A stretch of DNA of 64,000 nt, taken from positions 26,474,001 through 26,538,000 of the forward strand of contig NC_082722.1 of assembly GCF_030144855.1 (NCBI RefSeq), in the 5' to 3' direction. The DNA comes from Hypanus sabinus. Its lineage: Eukaryota. Shown here piece after piece: positions 1-11,997 of the stretch. The notes beneath the pieces were generated by a model. The model was not told where the DNA came from. It searched no databases and was given only the letters and a program-made list of their open reading frames with translations. Both the position numbers and the translations under genes were made by a program. Each line of letters starts with the position of its first letter. The first letter of the stretch is position 1.

Positions 1-2467
1 CAGTACCTTACTGCGAATCAATGACAGTTCCGCTCCCGTGTCTCTCCAGATTCTCACGGGAACTGATGGGTCTCCCTCTCTCACAGACATGGTTCCGTTT
101 GACGTACAAGTCTCAGACCCTTCTCGTACTCTGTCTACCCGGGGCTCTCTTGTCGATTTACTGATTACCACGGCACATCCGATAGGGACGGCTGCTTTCC
201 ATTTTCCTGTCTCCTTCCTCGGAGCAAAGCACCTAGATGCAATATGCCCCCCTTTCCACAATTAAAACATGTCAAGCCCGGAATTCTCTGGCCGTCTTGC
301 CTCTCCTCCCCAATCTTACCACTAGCTCCCGGCGGGACCTCTGCCTCAGACGGCGGGCTTTCTCTATCGTTCCCACGGTCTCTCTGGTAACTTTTATTCG
401 AGGAAAACTTTGTCTTGTGGGTTAGGGCATATTCATCTGCGAACCTAGCAAATTCGGAGATGGACTTATTCGGCTTCTCATTCAAATACATCCGGATATC
501 ATTCGAAACACAACCTTTAAATTCCTCAATCAGAATTAACTCCCTGATAGCCAAAAATCCTCTTCCACTGTTTCTGCTGTACACCAACGATCCAAGAGCA
601 CACCCTTCTCACTGGCAAACTCGGTATACGTCTGATTCCACCCTTTCTTTATATTTCTGAACTTTTGTCTATGCACCTCAGGTACCAATTCTTAAGTCCG
701 GAGAATGGCCTCCTTTACTTTGGCATAATTCTCCGCCTCTTCCTCCTCCATGGACAATTCCGCATATGCTCGTTGTTCCTTCCCTTTTAACACACTTTGT
801 TACAGCGGCACCCACTGCTCTTTGCTCCACTTCTGATTCACTGCCACCTTTTCAAAAAGCAAGAAATCACTATCAACATCCGTCTCCTCGAAAGGAGGTA
901 CTAACCTCATCTCCCGACTAATATTAAACTGCTCCTCTCGGTCTGACCCTTGAGCTCTTCGCTCTTGCCTTAACTTCTCCATATCCAAGTCCTGTTGCCT
1001 CTGTTTCTCTGCCTACTCATACTCTCTCTCCTTCTCGGCTCTCTGCCTCTCTTTCTCAGCTGCTTCCAGCAGTTTTCACCACATTTCATGATCTCTTTGT
1101 TTCTCAGCCCTGCCCTGCTCTTTTTCAGCTCTTTCCTGTTCTTTTTCTGCTCTTTCCTGCTCCCTTTTCACCTCCAACTCCTTTAGCTGTACCGCATGCT
1201 CTCTTTGCTTGTCGGCCCTTTCTTTTTTTCCTTCTCAGCTGCTTCCAGCTGCTTTCAGCTGCTTTAATTTAGTTTCATGTTCCAACCTTAATTTCTCCAA
1301 CTCTAACTGAGCCGTCCTGGTACCTTTTCAGGGATATTTTCCAATAACTCACCTGCAAACACATTCTTCTCAATATAATACTGAATTATGGCCCTTCGCA
1401 CCTCCCGCTATTTCATTGACAACCTCACTGTTTGCGAGGTTTAGCCCCCACCATATTTATCAAGTCCGATTTTGCACCTGTAGAGTCGGGGTTTCTATAA
1501 ATTCATCCACGTCCATCTTTGCTGGTTTCCCGTCTGGCTACCCGCGTACCAGATCCAAGATTGGACTTAGAAGCCCCATTCACTGGCCTCCCAAATTGGT
1601 GCCAAATCTCGAGACAAGAACCCCAAATTGTTACGTACCCCGTAACTGGGTCACTTACCAGCAAAGATAGAGAAGTCCGTTGAAGTCTGATGGTACTATT
1701 TTTAACAGTGTTTATTGATAAAAATACACACAAATAATATCAATGCTAACATACAGATAATATACGTCGTCAATAATAAATCTAAAAGCGCGAGTATAAT
1801 AATAATCAATAAGAAATAGCTCTATCGTTGTCTAGGGGTATTTGTATTGTCCAATGGAGATATAAAAGTCACTCAAGTTCATTCAAACCGCAGCTTTTGG
1901 TTGGAGAGAGAGACGATGTTTTTAGAACTTGTCCGTTATCTTTATATGATGTCGATCCTTCGAAATGTCGTCGGTGGTGATCTCTTCTTTAGCTAAGCCG
2001 TCTTCCGTGGTGAGGCCTCAATCCCGGGCAATGGGAAAGGACACAAGTCGACCTTCCACCGGCTGTCGCTATTAAACGCTGTCCCGGTATTTCTAGCGTT
2101 TCTCCTGGTGGGTCTAAAGGGGTTGTTCCCAGACTTTCTTTCATCCTTACTCACGGGGTGTAAGATGTCAATCAGTTTGGGCTGATGCCACCCCCCCCCA
2201 CCAACCAGCCCACGTTGCTCATTCCTTGAGGGCGTCGGTGAATAGCACAGTGCTCAATACACAATTCCGTCACCAAGAGACAATGACCGTTTCCCGTGGC
2301 TTTCTATCGTTGAGGGGCCAGGACATTCCAAACCCCCTGTGGATTCTGCGTCTCTCTCTCAGTTCCTGGGTCTCCTGACCTGAATTATTAGCGATCTTGC
2401 GATTCTCAAAAAGGAGGGGGCTACTTTGTATCCTCCGGCCCATCAGAGTTGGGGCACAGGTGTAACA
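1..2467 (-). mobile_element. Gypsy LTR retrotransposon, 5' part (5' LTR, PBS, degenerate gag-protease) running off the window
   Basis: Gag pieces (FLLFEKVA; EEFK...ADEYALTH; TCFNCGKGG zinc knuckle) and protease PVRIWRDTGAELSL at 1-60 on the minus strand. A degenerate tRNA-Pro-like PBS lies at about 1605-1628. Confidence 0.92.
1629..2467 (-). repeat. 5' LTR (839 bp)
   Basis: Termini TGTTAC...GTAACA, adjacent to the PBS. Confidence 0.88.
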
Positions 2468-3899
2468 GTATACAACTAATTATTCGAACAATGCCGGCAA
2501 CTGAATAACATGCAGTTTTGGCATTGAGACAAAACTTGGGGCTGTTCAATGTGCCTGTTGCAGTGAACAGTTGGAGGTGGCTCAATAGAGAAGGGAGTTT
2601 ACCTTCTAATAAGACGGTGATTTCAAAGACATGTCTGGAATTTTACCAGCCTGCAGCCAAATGAGAAAACAACATACCAGAAGTAGGGGACTGGGTCAAC
2701 TCGTGTATGTTTCGCCATTCAATAAAATAGTGACTCACCCGACGGTAACATCAAATCTCCTCCCTGCCCATTCACAGTAACTTTCGACCTCTTGTTTCCT
2801 GAGCAGATTTCATTGTCTACCTTAAAATATGGCTTTCAATGTTTCCTTTTAGGAAAAGCGTTCCGAAGACTTTCGAGACACAGAGTATTTTATTTTTCCA
2901 CAGATGGGCTTATAAGCCTTTCATATCTACCCCTTTGCAGTGCCATCAAGATGATGTACATATCAATCGATAGCACTTTTACTTTTCTAAACTTCAGTGG
3001 ATCCAAATGTGGCCCGGCTAACATGCCTGAACTGACTACTCAGCCATTCGACAGATAATTCTTACATACCATCACGCAGATCTGTTCCCAACGTGATCAA
3101 AGTATGTGAATGTCTCCGGATACAACTCTTCGATTTATGCTTTGAGACCAGACTCAATAAATTTAATGATAACAGGACGGGAAACCAGTGTGAAAAAGGC
3201 AACAGCTATGTCATAAATTCTTATTAACGAATATATCATTCAGCACTTCACACAAGCATAAACAATTCTGAAAAAGAGTATACACCATTAAAGTTAAATG
3301 AGAGCAAGGAGCAGAAACTGAGGACTTTATCACTATTGAAGAAAAACAAGGAATTAATTTGCAAATGTGGTAGTGTTTGCTCTGCACACAAGATGTTGTA
3401 CAAATATTGTTACTATTGTGAGTGGCTGTGGTTGGATAGCTCGATTTCCCATCACACAGGATGCAAATTATGAACAATTTTATCAAATCTCTGACAGGGT
3501 ATGTCAAGGTTACAAATTGAGGGGAATATTACTCAGACCAAAAAGAATTAATAGTCATCTAATGTATCTTTTTGTTGGACGCGCTGCAAATGATCAATTC
3601 AAACATGTTTTGCAAAATTTCTCAAAATCTGTATCTCTTTCCACATTCAAAGGAGCGAGTGAAACAGAAGTCGCAATATCCAGGTGAATTTTGATAGGGT
3701 TAGAAAGTAAAGGGTAGAGAGTTGAGCGCAAATGGAATTCGAAGGCGAATACATTCCACCTGTCATTTTGCAGACCATTTTTACAGCTGTGCCATATTCC
3801 ACTGCAAGCGATCCCCACTGTTCAGATCTGCAAATTTCTTGAACCAGTTTAATTCATTATCGTACGAATCATTAATAGAGATGAGAAACTAACAACGTA

Positions 3900-4510
3900 A
3901 TTAGCACCGATCCCCGCGGTACACCTCTAGTTACAGGCCTCCAGACAGAGAAAAGTCGTCTACTACCACTCCCTGGTTTTCCTGCCAAACCACTGTTAAA
4001 TGCATTTTACTACTTCGTCCTAAATATCAACCGAACCTTCCTGATCAGAGTCACATTCCGGACTTTGCCAAGGGGTTTGCCATGTACCCAACATCCACTG
4101 CATTTCCTTCACCATAATCTCGGGTAAGTACCTCGAAAAGCTCTTAAAGATAAGCCAGACACTACTTACCATGCAGAAAATCTTGATGGCTATTCCTATT
4201 CCTACCTAAATAGTTATGTATCCTGTAACTTCGAATATTTCCAATAAGTTACCTTTTACAAGCGTCAGGCTCACCATCCTTAAAGACCCCGGCGTATTCT
4301 TGGAACCTTTCTTGAATAACTATAAAACATTAGTCATATCTAATCCTCCGGCATTTCACCCGTGGGTCAGGACATCTTGAATACTTCTATCAAGACATAT
4401 TAAATTTCTGCACAAACCCCCTAAAAGGTCGGATGGGAGTCTTTCTTGGACCCTGAGGACTTATATAAACTAATTTACCTTATAGCAACAAGTACATAAA
4501 CATCTGCAAT
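3900..4510 (-). mobile_element. Degenerate CR1 LINE fragments
   Basis: Reverse complement resembles the CR1 RT region seen at 8001 and 22300. Confidence 0.7.
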
Positions 4511-5601
4511 CCGCATATGGTCCATGGCAGTGTTATGGGGGCAATCGCGAACGCAGCATGGCCATTGTAGGCAGAGAGCGAAATGCTAAATGTTGTCACA
4601 CATTGATAAAGCAATTTGAGAATAGACTTTCCGAAGTTATATACGGACCATAGTTGTAACGGAAGCAGTCCATGTTTACAAAATCCTGAATTTTGGGGTC
4701 ACCTTTTGAGTGAAATCTCTGCAGGGAGAAGCGGAGTTCGTTCAGCTCCTGGGTTACCTCTCTGCAGGTATATCACTGTCAGGTCACTATCGACCATTTT
4801 GCAGCAGGCAGAATGGTTTATGAAAGAATAGAGAAGTAGAATAAATGCGCTTAATATCGGCTTCGCATTTGCGTTCCTATATGTTTCATGTAGGGTACGA
4901 TTTGCCATATTCAACACATTAAATACGGGAGAAAATTTCCAGCAATGATTTACATTCCGAGGAAAGCTCTATCAGTGAATGTGGATGACTGGAAAACTCC
5001 AAAGCAAGTTCTGAAAAACTACCTGAACAAATGAGTTGCCATAATATTAAAAACATGTGCAAGAGTTTATTGCATTCGGGCTGTGGAAATCTGTCATATT
5101 TTGGGTTTGCAGTTCAGATGAGAAATGAAAAAAAGACAGAAAGGAACACCTTCTGAAGCCGAGAGACTGCTGCAACGACAGTCGTGTGATAAAACTGAAA
5201 GACAATTCAAAACTGAACGTCTTCCTCACTTTGCACCCCTTAGATTCGCCTTCTCTGTGTCTTCTTCGAATTCTTCCTTTCATCTGTCTCTGCACGGTGA
5301 GTCGAGCTTATTTTGTTTATTTTGCACTGTATGTCCTTGATGGTGGCTGCACGTGCTGTGTGGGAATACTTGGACTGTATTTTGCAGTTGACCCCAAAAG
5401 AAGGATGTTTCCTTTAGTCATGTACATCTATGTGGTTTAATAAATATGAACTTGAACTTAAAATCATTTATAAAATACTGTTAATCTATGGTAGGTAACT
5501 AATTTGATAGTGAGATGGCATTGTAATTGGAGGGAAGATAAAGGAATTTGCTTTAACTTAATGGATGGTAAACAACCAATATAACTGTCTTTTTATTCAA
5601 G

Positions 5602-5890
5602 CTCCCCCAATTCCATTGGAAATCGTTCCTATTGGAGGGTTTTCCTCTCTTTGGAAGCTCCTCTGTAAAACAGCTGCCTTTTACCCGAAGGAATTTGTAA
5701 TCGTCTGGCAAAAAAATAACAGGCAAATTCGCAGTGGAACCGAAAATAAACAGGACCACGGAGGGTTTATGCGAGGCTTACAGTTTATTGGAAATTAATC
5801 AGTCCTCTTGGGGAAAAGACGTTTACATCTGTCCGGTGTCACATGTCTCCCTCACGGTGCCTGTCTGTTTCAGCTACATCCTAGATCAAG
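5602..5890 (+). pseudogene. Frameshifted C1 exon
   Basis: PPIPLEIV...[17 protein letters not shown], then in a shifted frame ...DVYICPVSH...FSYILDQ|GTAAG. The length of 289 nt is not a multiple of 3. Confidence 0.88.
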
Positions 5891-6211
5891 GTAAGATGGT
5901 GTTTTGATGAAGTCATGATGTTGGGTCATGCAGGTCGGCATGTTCAGAATCTTTGCGCTCAATATAAGATGGAAGAGCTTACAAGTGATAGTGGTGGGGT
6001 CAATGTGACCATGTAAGAACAGTAACTGAACAGCTACCACGGAAGAATGAGTAATTTTAAAGATCAGTAATTGACAGTGAATAGTAAACGAGTTCAAAAA
6101 CTTATGTGTTGTTCCCGCCAATTGAAATCGTGCAGCACGAATGAAGAAATTGAAATCGTGCAATAGTTGCAAGGTAGCAAACTTCTGGACATTTGCTAAA
6201 AATATGACAAA

Positions 6212-6275
6212 GAATGTCTTCCTTACGGTGCCTGTCAGTTTCAGCTACATCCTGGAGCAAGGGAAGATGGTGTCT
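6212..6275 (+). repeat. Tandem duplicate of the 3' end of the C1 exon (about 370 bp downstream) with dead donor
   Basis: acggtgcctgtcagtttcagctacatcctggagcaag|GGaag compared with acggtgcctgtctgtttcagctacatcctagatcaag|GTaag at 5853-5895. Confidence 0.85.
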
Positions 6276-6499
6276 TGATTGCATCCTGGTGTAAGATCTC
6301 GGACCGAAATGTCGTTATTTTATTCCTCTCTTTATCTGCTACATACCTTCAGCATTTAGTGTGTTACTCGGAATTTTGAAAATGTTCAGAATCTCTAGGT
6401 GTGTCGATCAAATATGTTTAAGAATAGTCACTGAACAGTTACCCAGACACGGATGATGGGCGAAATTTTCAGATTACTTGACTACAGTGAACATTATTT

Positions 6500-7985
6500 C
6501 TTTCTCAATCTTTGTTATCAAGTTTCGAATTACGAAACATAACAATGATAGTAATACAAGGAGATCGGGATTACATTACTAACGGTCAACGCATACAAAC
6601 ACAGACTCCGAGTAACCTATGTAATCTAAGTCTCCCAATCTCTTAATAACTGAACATGAAAAAGATTTAAAAACTTTTATACATTTAAAACAAAAGTCCA
6701 CCTAAAATTTAAAAAAAACAAGAAAACAAACTAAACTAAACAAAAGCTGGGCTGCCGTGTTTCATCAGTTAAATAATTATTTCTCTTTAACTCCACTCCT
6801 CTATTCATGAACAAAAGGTTATTGAGAAGGGCTTAGAAAAGGTCAGCATATATTATATGATAATGTTGAATAAAAACCTCCAAGTATCTTCAAATTTAAC
6901 CGCAGGATCAATAGTGCCATTCCTAATTTAAACATGTTTATTGTTTGGGAAAACCATTGGTCCTTCTGACTATTAATGTAACAAATGAAACCAAACGGCA
7001 AGCTGAAGGGGATAAATGACTAGAGTCCATCACGGGTAATCCAAAAATTGCAGTAATAGGATGAGGTTGTAAATCAAAGTGCAAAACTACTGAAATATTA
7101 TCAAAAATGTCTTTCCAATATTTTTTTTCCAGAAGAGGACATGACCCGAACAGATGTGTCAAGGAAGCTACTTCAGAATTACATCTGTCACAGACAGGAT
7201 TTATATGACAATAAAAACGAGCTAACTTATCCGTAAATATACGGGCCCCATGAACCACCTTAAATTGTATCAAAGCGTGCCTAGCAAAAATTGAAGGAGA
7301 GCTAACTAGTTGGAGAATATTCTCCCTTTTCTCTGTAATAAGTTCTCTTCCCCATTCATTCTTAATTTTATCAAATCTACCAAGACGCACTTTCGTAATC
7401 AGATCATAAATAATTGTCATTAAACTCTTCTGATAGGGGTTTAAACCTAATTTTGTTTCTGTAATTTAAGTTTGATGTGGTAGCGGAAAAGTAGGTAAAA
7501 TAACATTCAAAAAGTTTCTAATCTGTAAATATCTGAAAAAGCAAATAGATCTAAACAAATTATATTTCTTAGAAAAACTGTTCTGAAGACATGAGACAGT
7601 TTTCCATGAATAAATCACGAAAACATGTTTTCCATAAATGAAAAGCTTGATCAGATCTGGATGGTTGGAAGATTAATTGGATACAATAGAACTTGATAGG
7701 ATAAATTTGTGAATCCAAAATATTTACGATATTGAAACCAGATTCGTATAGTATGTTTAGTTATTGGACTAGACGTTTGTTCATTGAGTTTAGTAAGTGC
7801 AAAGGGAAGCGAGGCCCCTAAAATAGAAGCGAATGAGGACCCCTGTACAGACTTGCACTCGAAGTTTATCCAACGTTGACATGGAAGTTCATCCAAATCT
7901 TTGTCCAGAACGTTAAATATAGAAGATCAATGGCCCAATAATGGAATCTAAAGTTCGGCATTCAATGTGAATGGTGCTTAAAAAC
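6500..7985 (-). mobile_element. L1/Tx1-clade LINE, 3' ORF2 fragment and 3' UTR
   Basis: ORF 6938..7420 HALIQFKVVH...CDRCNSEVASLTHLFGSC matches the C-terminal zinc-finger region of fish L1 ORF2. Confidence 0.85.
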
Positions 7986-8000
7986 AAATATCTTATACCC

Positions 8001-9111
8001 TCAGTCTAAATCAACATGGATAGAAAACTGGTTGGCAGATAGAAAGCAAAGGGTAGCAGTGAATGGGTGTTTCTCGGACTGGCTGGAGGTGACTAGTGGG
8101 GTACCACAGGGCTCTGTATTAGGACCACAGCTCTTTACGATTTATGTCAATGATTTAGATGAGGGCATTGAAAACTATATCAGCAAGTTTGCTGACGATA
8201 CTAAACTGGGTGGCAGTGTGACATGCGAAGAGGACGTTAGGAGAATACAGGGAGACTTGGATAGGCTGGGTGAGTGGGCAGATACTTGGCAGATGTCATC
8301 CAATGTGAATAAATGTGAAGTTATCCACTTTGGAAGCAGGAACAAGAGGGCAGAGTATTGTCTGAACGGTGTAGAGTTAGGTAAGGGAGAAATGCAAAGA
8401 GACCTAGGAGTCTTAGTTCACCAGTCAATGAAGGTGAATGAGCAAGTGCAACAGGCAGTGAAGAGGGCAAATGGCCTTTGTTACAAGGGGAATTGAATAC
8501 AAGAGCAAGGATGTCCTTTTGCATTTGTACAGGGCCCTGGTGAGACCACACCTGGAATATTGTGTACAGTTTTGGTCTCCAGGTTTAAGGAAGGACATTC
8601 TGGCAGTTGAGGAAGTGCAGCGTAGATTCACTGGATTGATTCCTGGGATGGCAGGGCTGTCTTACACAGAGAGATTGGAGAGATTGGGCTTTTTCACGCT
8701 GGAATTGAGGAGATTGAGAGGGGATCTGATTGAAACGTTTAAGATAATTAAAGGATTTGATAGGATTGAGGCAGGAAATATGTTCCAGATGTTGGGAGAG
8801 TCCAGTACCAGAGGGCATGGATTGAGAATAAGAGGTCAGTTATTTAAAACAGAGTTGAGGAAGAGCTTCTTCTCCCAGAGAGTTGTGCAGGTGTGGAATG
8901 CACTACCTCGGAAGACGGTGGAGGTCAATTCTCTGGATGCTTTCAAGAAGGAGCTAGATAGGTATCTTATAGATAGGGGAATCAAGGGATATGGGGACAA
9001 GACAGGGACTGGGTATTGATAGTGAATGATCAGCCATGATCTCAGAATGGCGGTGCAGACTCGAGGGGCCGAATGGTCTACTTCTGCACCTATTGTCTAT
9101 TGTCTATTGTC
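8001..9111 (+). mobile_element. 5'-truncated CR1 LINE, relatively young
   Basis: RT motifs GVPQGSVLGP, KFADDTK and RPHLEYCVQFW, with a (CTATTGT)n tail. Confidence 0.95.
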
Positions 9112-10068
9112 TAAATCGTGTAGGATGAATTAAGTAGTTGATTTCGTGTAGTACGTGCAAGTTTACAAACTTCCAGACATTTGTTAAAGGTGAGACAACG
9201 GAAAACTTGAACTCTAAATCGCATGGTGATATAACAAAGTGGGAGAGCATCTGCTGGTGAGTGAAGGTGTACTTAATTGATATAGTTTTACCGGAAAAAA
9301 TGTGGGCATGGGGCAAAATCAGTATCAAGGTAAGAACTCCTGAACACTGAGACCTGACACTTAATTGCCACCTGGATCGAATACATAGGGAGCGAGACTG
9401 TGAACGGACTTTGACAAAAATCTGTCTCTGCGTAATTGCATTCCAATAATAGTGGGCAGCGCAGTTCAAATGGATGACTCGTGTTATCTATGTTTTCGTT
9501 ATGCAGTTTTCCATTAATTCGGGGTTGTCACTCGGAAAGCTGTGGAAAACATAACAGTGTGAAAATACGTTTAATATCCTCGATACACATTCAGGAGGCT
9601 TAGAGAGTACAGAGTTATAAACACATGAAGTTAGCGAGTAATTTCAGCATGTGATGTGGAAGGGAATTTTTGCTGCTCCGGGAATCTTTTGGCGGGACTA
9701 TAAGTTATACATAGGGTTTTAATCGGACTAAAAAATGTCCTTGACAGACATGACTTAAAAGATGGAATTGAGATCAGAATTGTATTAGATTAGATGATTA
9801 CACGTCCAATGGTTGTGCTGATATCTATTGGCAAGAGAAGTATAGGATAAGAAGCAGCCGAGCCTATTCTTACTGTCGGTAAATAGGTCGTTAAGTGTCT
9901 GGAAAAACTAAGGCAGATTTCTTTGTTCTATACTGTATATTCTGGCATTTTCCTATCAGTGTGTAGTGTGATTTGAAAGGACCCTATGTAATAGCTATGT
10001 AATATTGTTGATTCCCATGTGTGGATTTGTTTTCAGATGTATAAATGCTTCACTGTTACTTTTTCAAG

Positions 10069-10167
10069 GCTGTGATATCAGATTGATTATCACTTGTGCG
10101 GTGGGCGGATCGGCAATTTTAATTCTGAGACCAATTTTGCTGAAGCTCAAGCTAAAGCGAACGCACG
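10069..10167 (+). pseudogene. TM exon of the pseudogene, GCDIRLIITCAVGGSAILILRPILLKLKLKRTH
   Basis: 99 nt, phase 1/1, AG/GTAAT sites. Aligns with the TM exon at 37732 (CALGG vs CAVGG). Confidence 0.8.
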
Positions 10168-10814
10168 GTAATAACACTGATCGCTGAGAACCATCACCTC
10201 TATTTGCACAAAATGGAAGCGTTAATGACATTTAACTTCAAAACAGTAAATTACATTTGCAGAATGATTGGACATGGGTCGCGATTTTCGAAGCCGGATT
10301 TCAGTGATAATATTCTGGCACGATGCTTGCTTGATTTTAAAATTCAACTATTTCACCAGTCCACTGGAAGTATGTTACATCTGATTGTCGAATGTTGTTA
10401 TATCCCTTTGGAGCTCTTCAAATAACTTTTGTTAATACAATGGCAGATCCGTATTTTGAAACGTAAACGAATTGGCGTAGATCTAAACTCCCTCTGATTG
10501 TGTAAATGACATTGACCAACTTATGTACGTCTCATTGGTTTTAATTTCCATTTTGGTTGCCATTCTTAAATACGGTACCGCTGCTGTTATGCTATTATCA
10601 CTTTACAGCCTCGTTGAAAGGCAAAGCCTTTTGAGCAAAGCACCAGGTTAATGCTGAACACAGTATATTATTAGCATGACTGTTACCAACAAATACTTTC
10701 TGAAAGATCCGTACCTTCAACAATTCCACTTACACGATTAGTTCGATTGGTATCAAATAAATAAAGTACAATGTTTACAATGCAAATCATTTCTTTTTGA
10801 TTTCTCTTCTGAAG

Positions 10815-10858
10815 TGTATAACACAAAATCTTTTGACGGATGACAGAATGAAGAACCG
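10815..10858 (+). pseudogene. Cyt1 exon with premature stop, VYNTKSFDG*QNEEP
   Basis: 44 nt, phase 1 to 0, polypyrimidine acceptor and CCG|GTAGGT donor. Confidence 0.7.
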
Positions 10859-11997
10859 GTAGGTGAAGTTACTCGTCTTGTTTCAGAACGCAAAGATATC
10901 ATGAATCTATTTATTCCATAACAGTTTGGAGCGTAGGAGGGGAAATAAATCTATTTTCCCCGTCAAATTTTTATTTTCAAATATATATCCAAGTTTTATT
11001 TGAATGTTTCTGTTGCATCTGCTTCCTGTATCCTTTCAAGTTTTCGACATCAGTTCATAACCGGTTGGATTGGAAGTGAAACGGTAATATTTACCACTGG
11101 AAGGTCAATTGTTTTGACAAACAATTCAGCACATATCTGAGACTGTGTAAAACTACTAAATGCTAGTTTACGAGAATTGCAGTTGACTGGACAATGGGAA
11201 AGTACAGTACGTGCATGAATCAATTCGTAATGTGGGTTACATTTGACCTGACGGACAGTAAGCAAGGTAAAATGTAACGAAATCTTGTTTTGTTGAAATG
11301 GTCTTTGCAATATTAAATGCAGTTTCAATCCCGATCCGCAACAAAGATCTGCACAGCAGTGCGTTACCTGCAGTGGAATCGAATATACTTGTAACAAAAC
11401 CTTGTCGTATGTGTTGAACAATGGTAACCACATTTAAACAAAACTTCACATGGCATCTTCCAGTCTACGATGCTACGCTGAATGAGTATAATCCTCAATG
11501 TGGGAAGCGAAGCCTAAAACGGATAAAAGTTATATCGTCTCCCATTTGGATTCAAATCAGAAAATAATCTGTAGCTAACTACCGATTTTGGAAAGAGAAC
11601 CAGCTGACGTTCCAGGGTGACGGTCCTTCCGCAGACTGCAACCTGTAAGTTAACTATTTATCTTCAACTGGTGGCTCCAGATCTACTAAAATTTTGAGTG
11701 TTCTATTTTTCTGTTTTACTTCATGTTTCCACCACTTTAATGTTTTTTTTTTTGCTACCTGGATTCATTTTCATGATAACATTTTGCTTCTTGTGTTTAA
11801 GTAATCACTTTCCCCAGTTTAACGCATTTAGTTTTAAATTTACCAAGCAACATTAGGTACAAATGAGCGACTGCAGCAACAAGGTAGTAATAAATACATC
11901 ACTGATTTCATTATGGTAGAATTCTGCTAAAAGTTCTACCAGTATTGGTAACACTTCCGGAAATGTAGTGATACTTCTGATAGTAATATCTAAGTTC

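Noticed and set aside
5113-5296. AG/GT-bounded 184-nt segment as a novel non-Ig exon
   Set aside because: The length is not a multiple of 3, there is a stop in the phase-1 frame, and the 3' part appears to run into a LINE-tail repeat.
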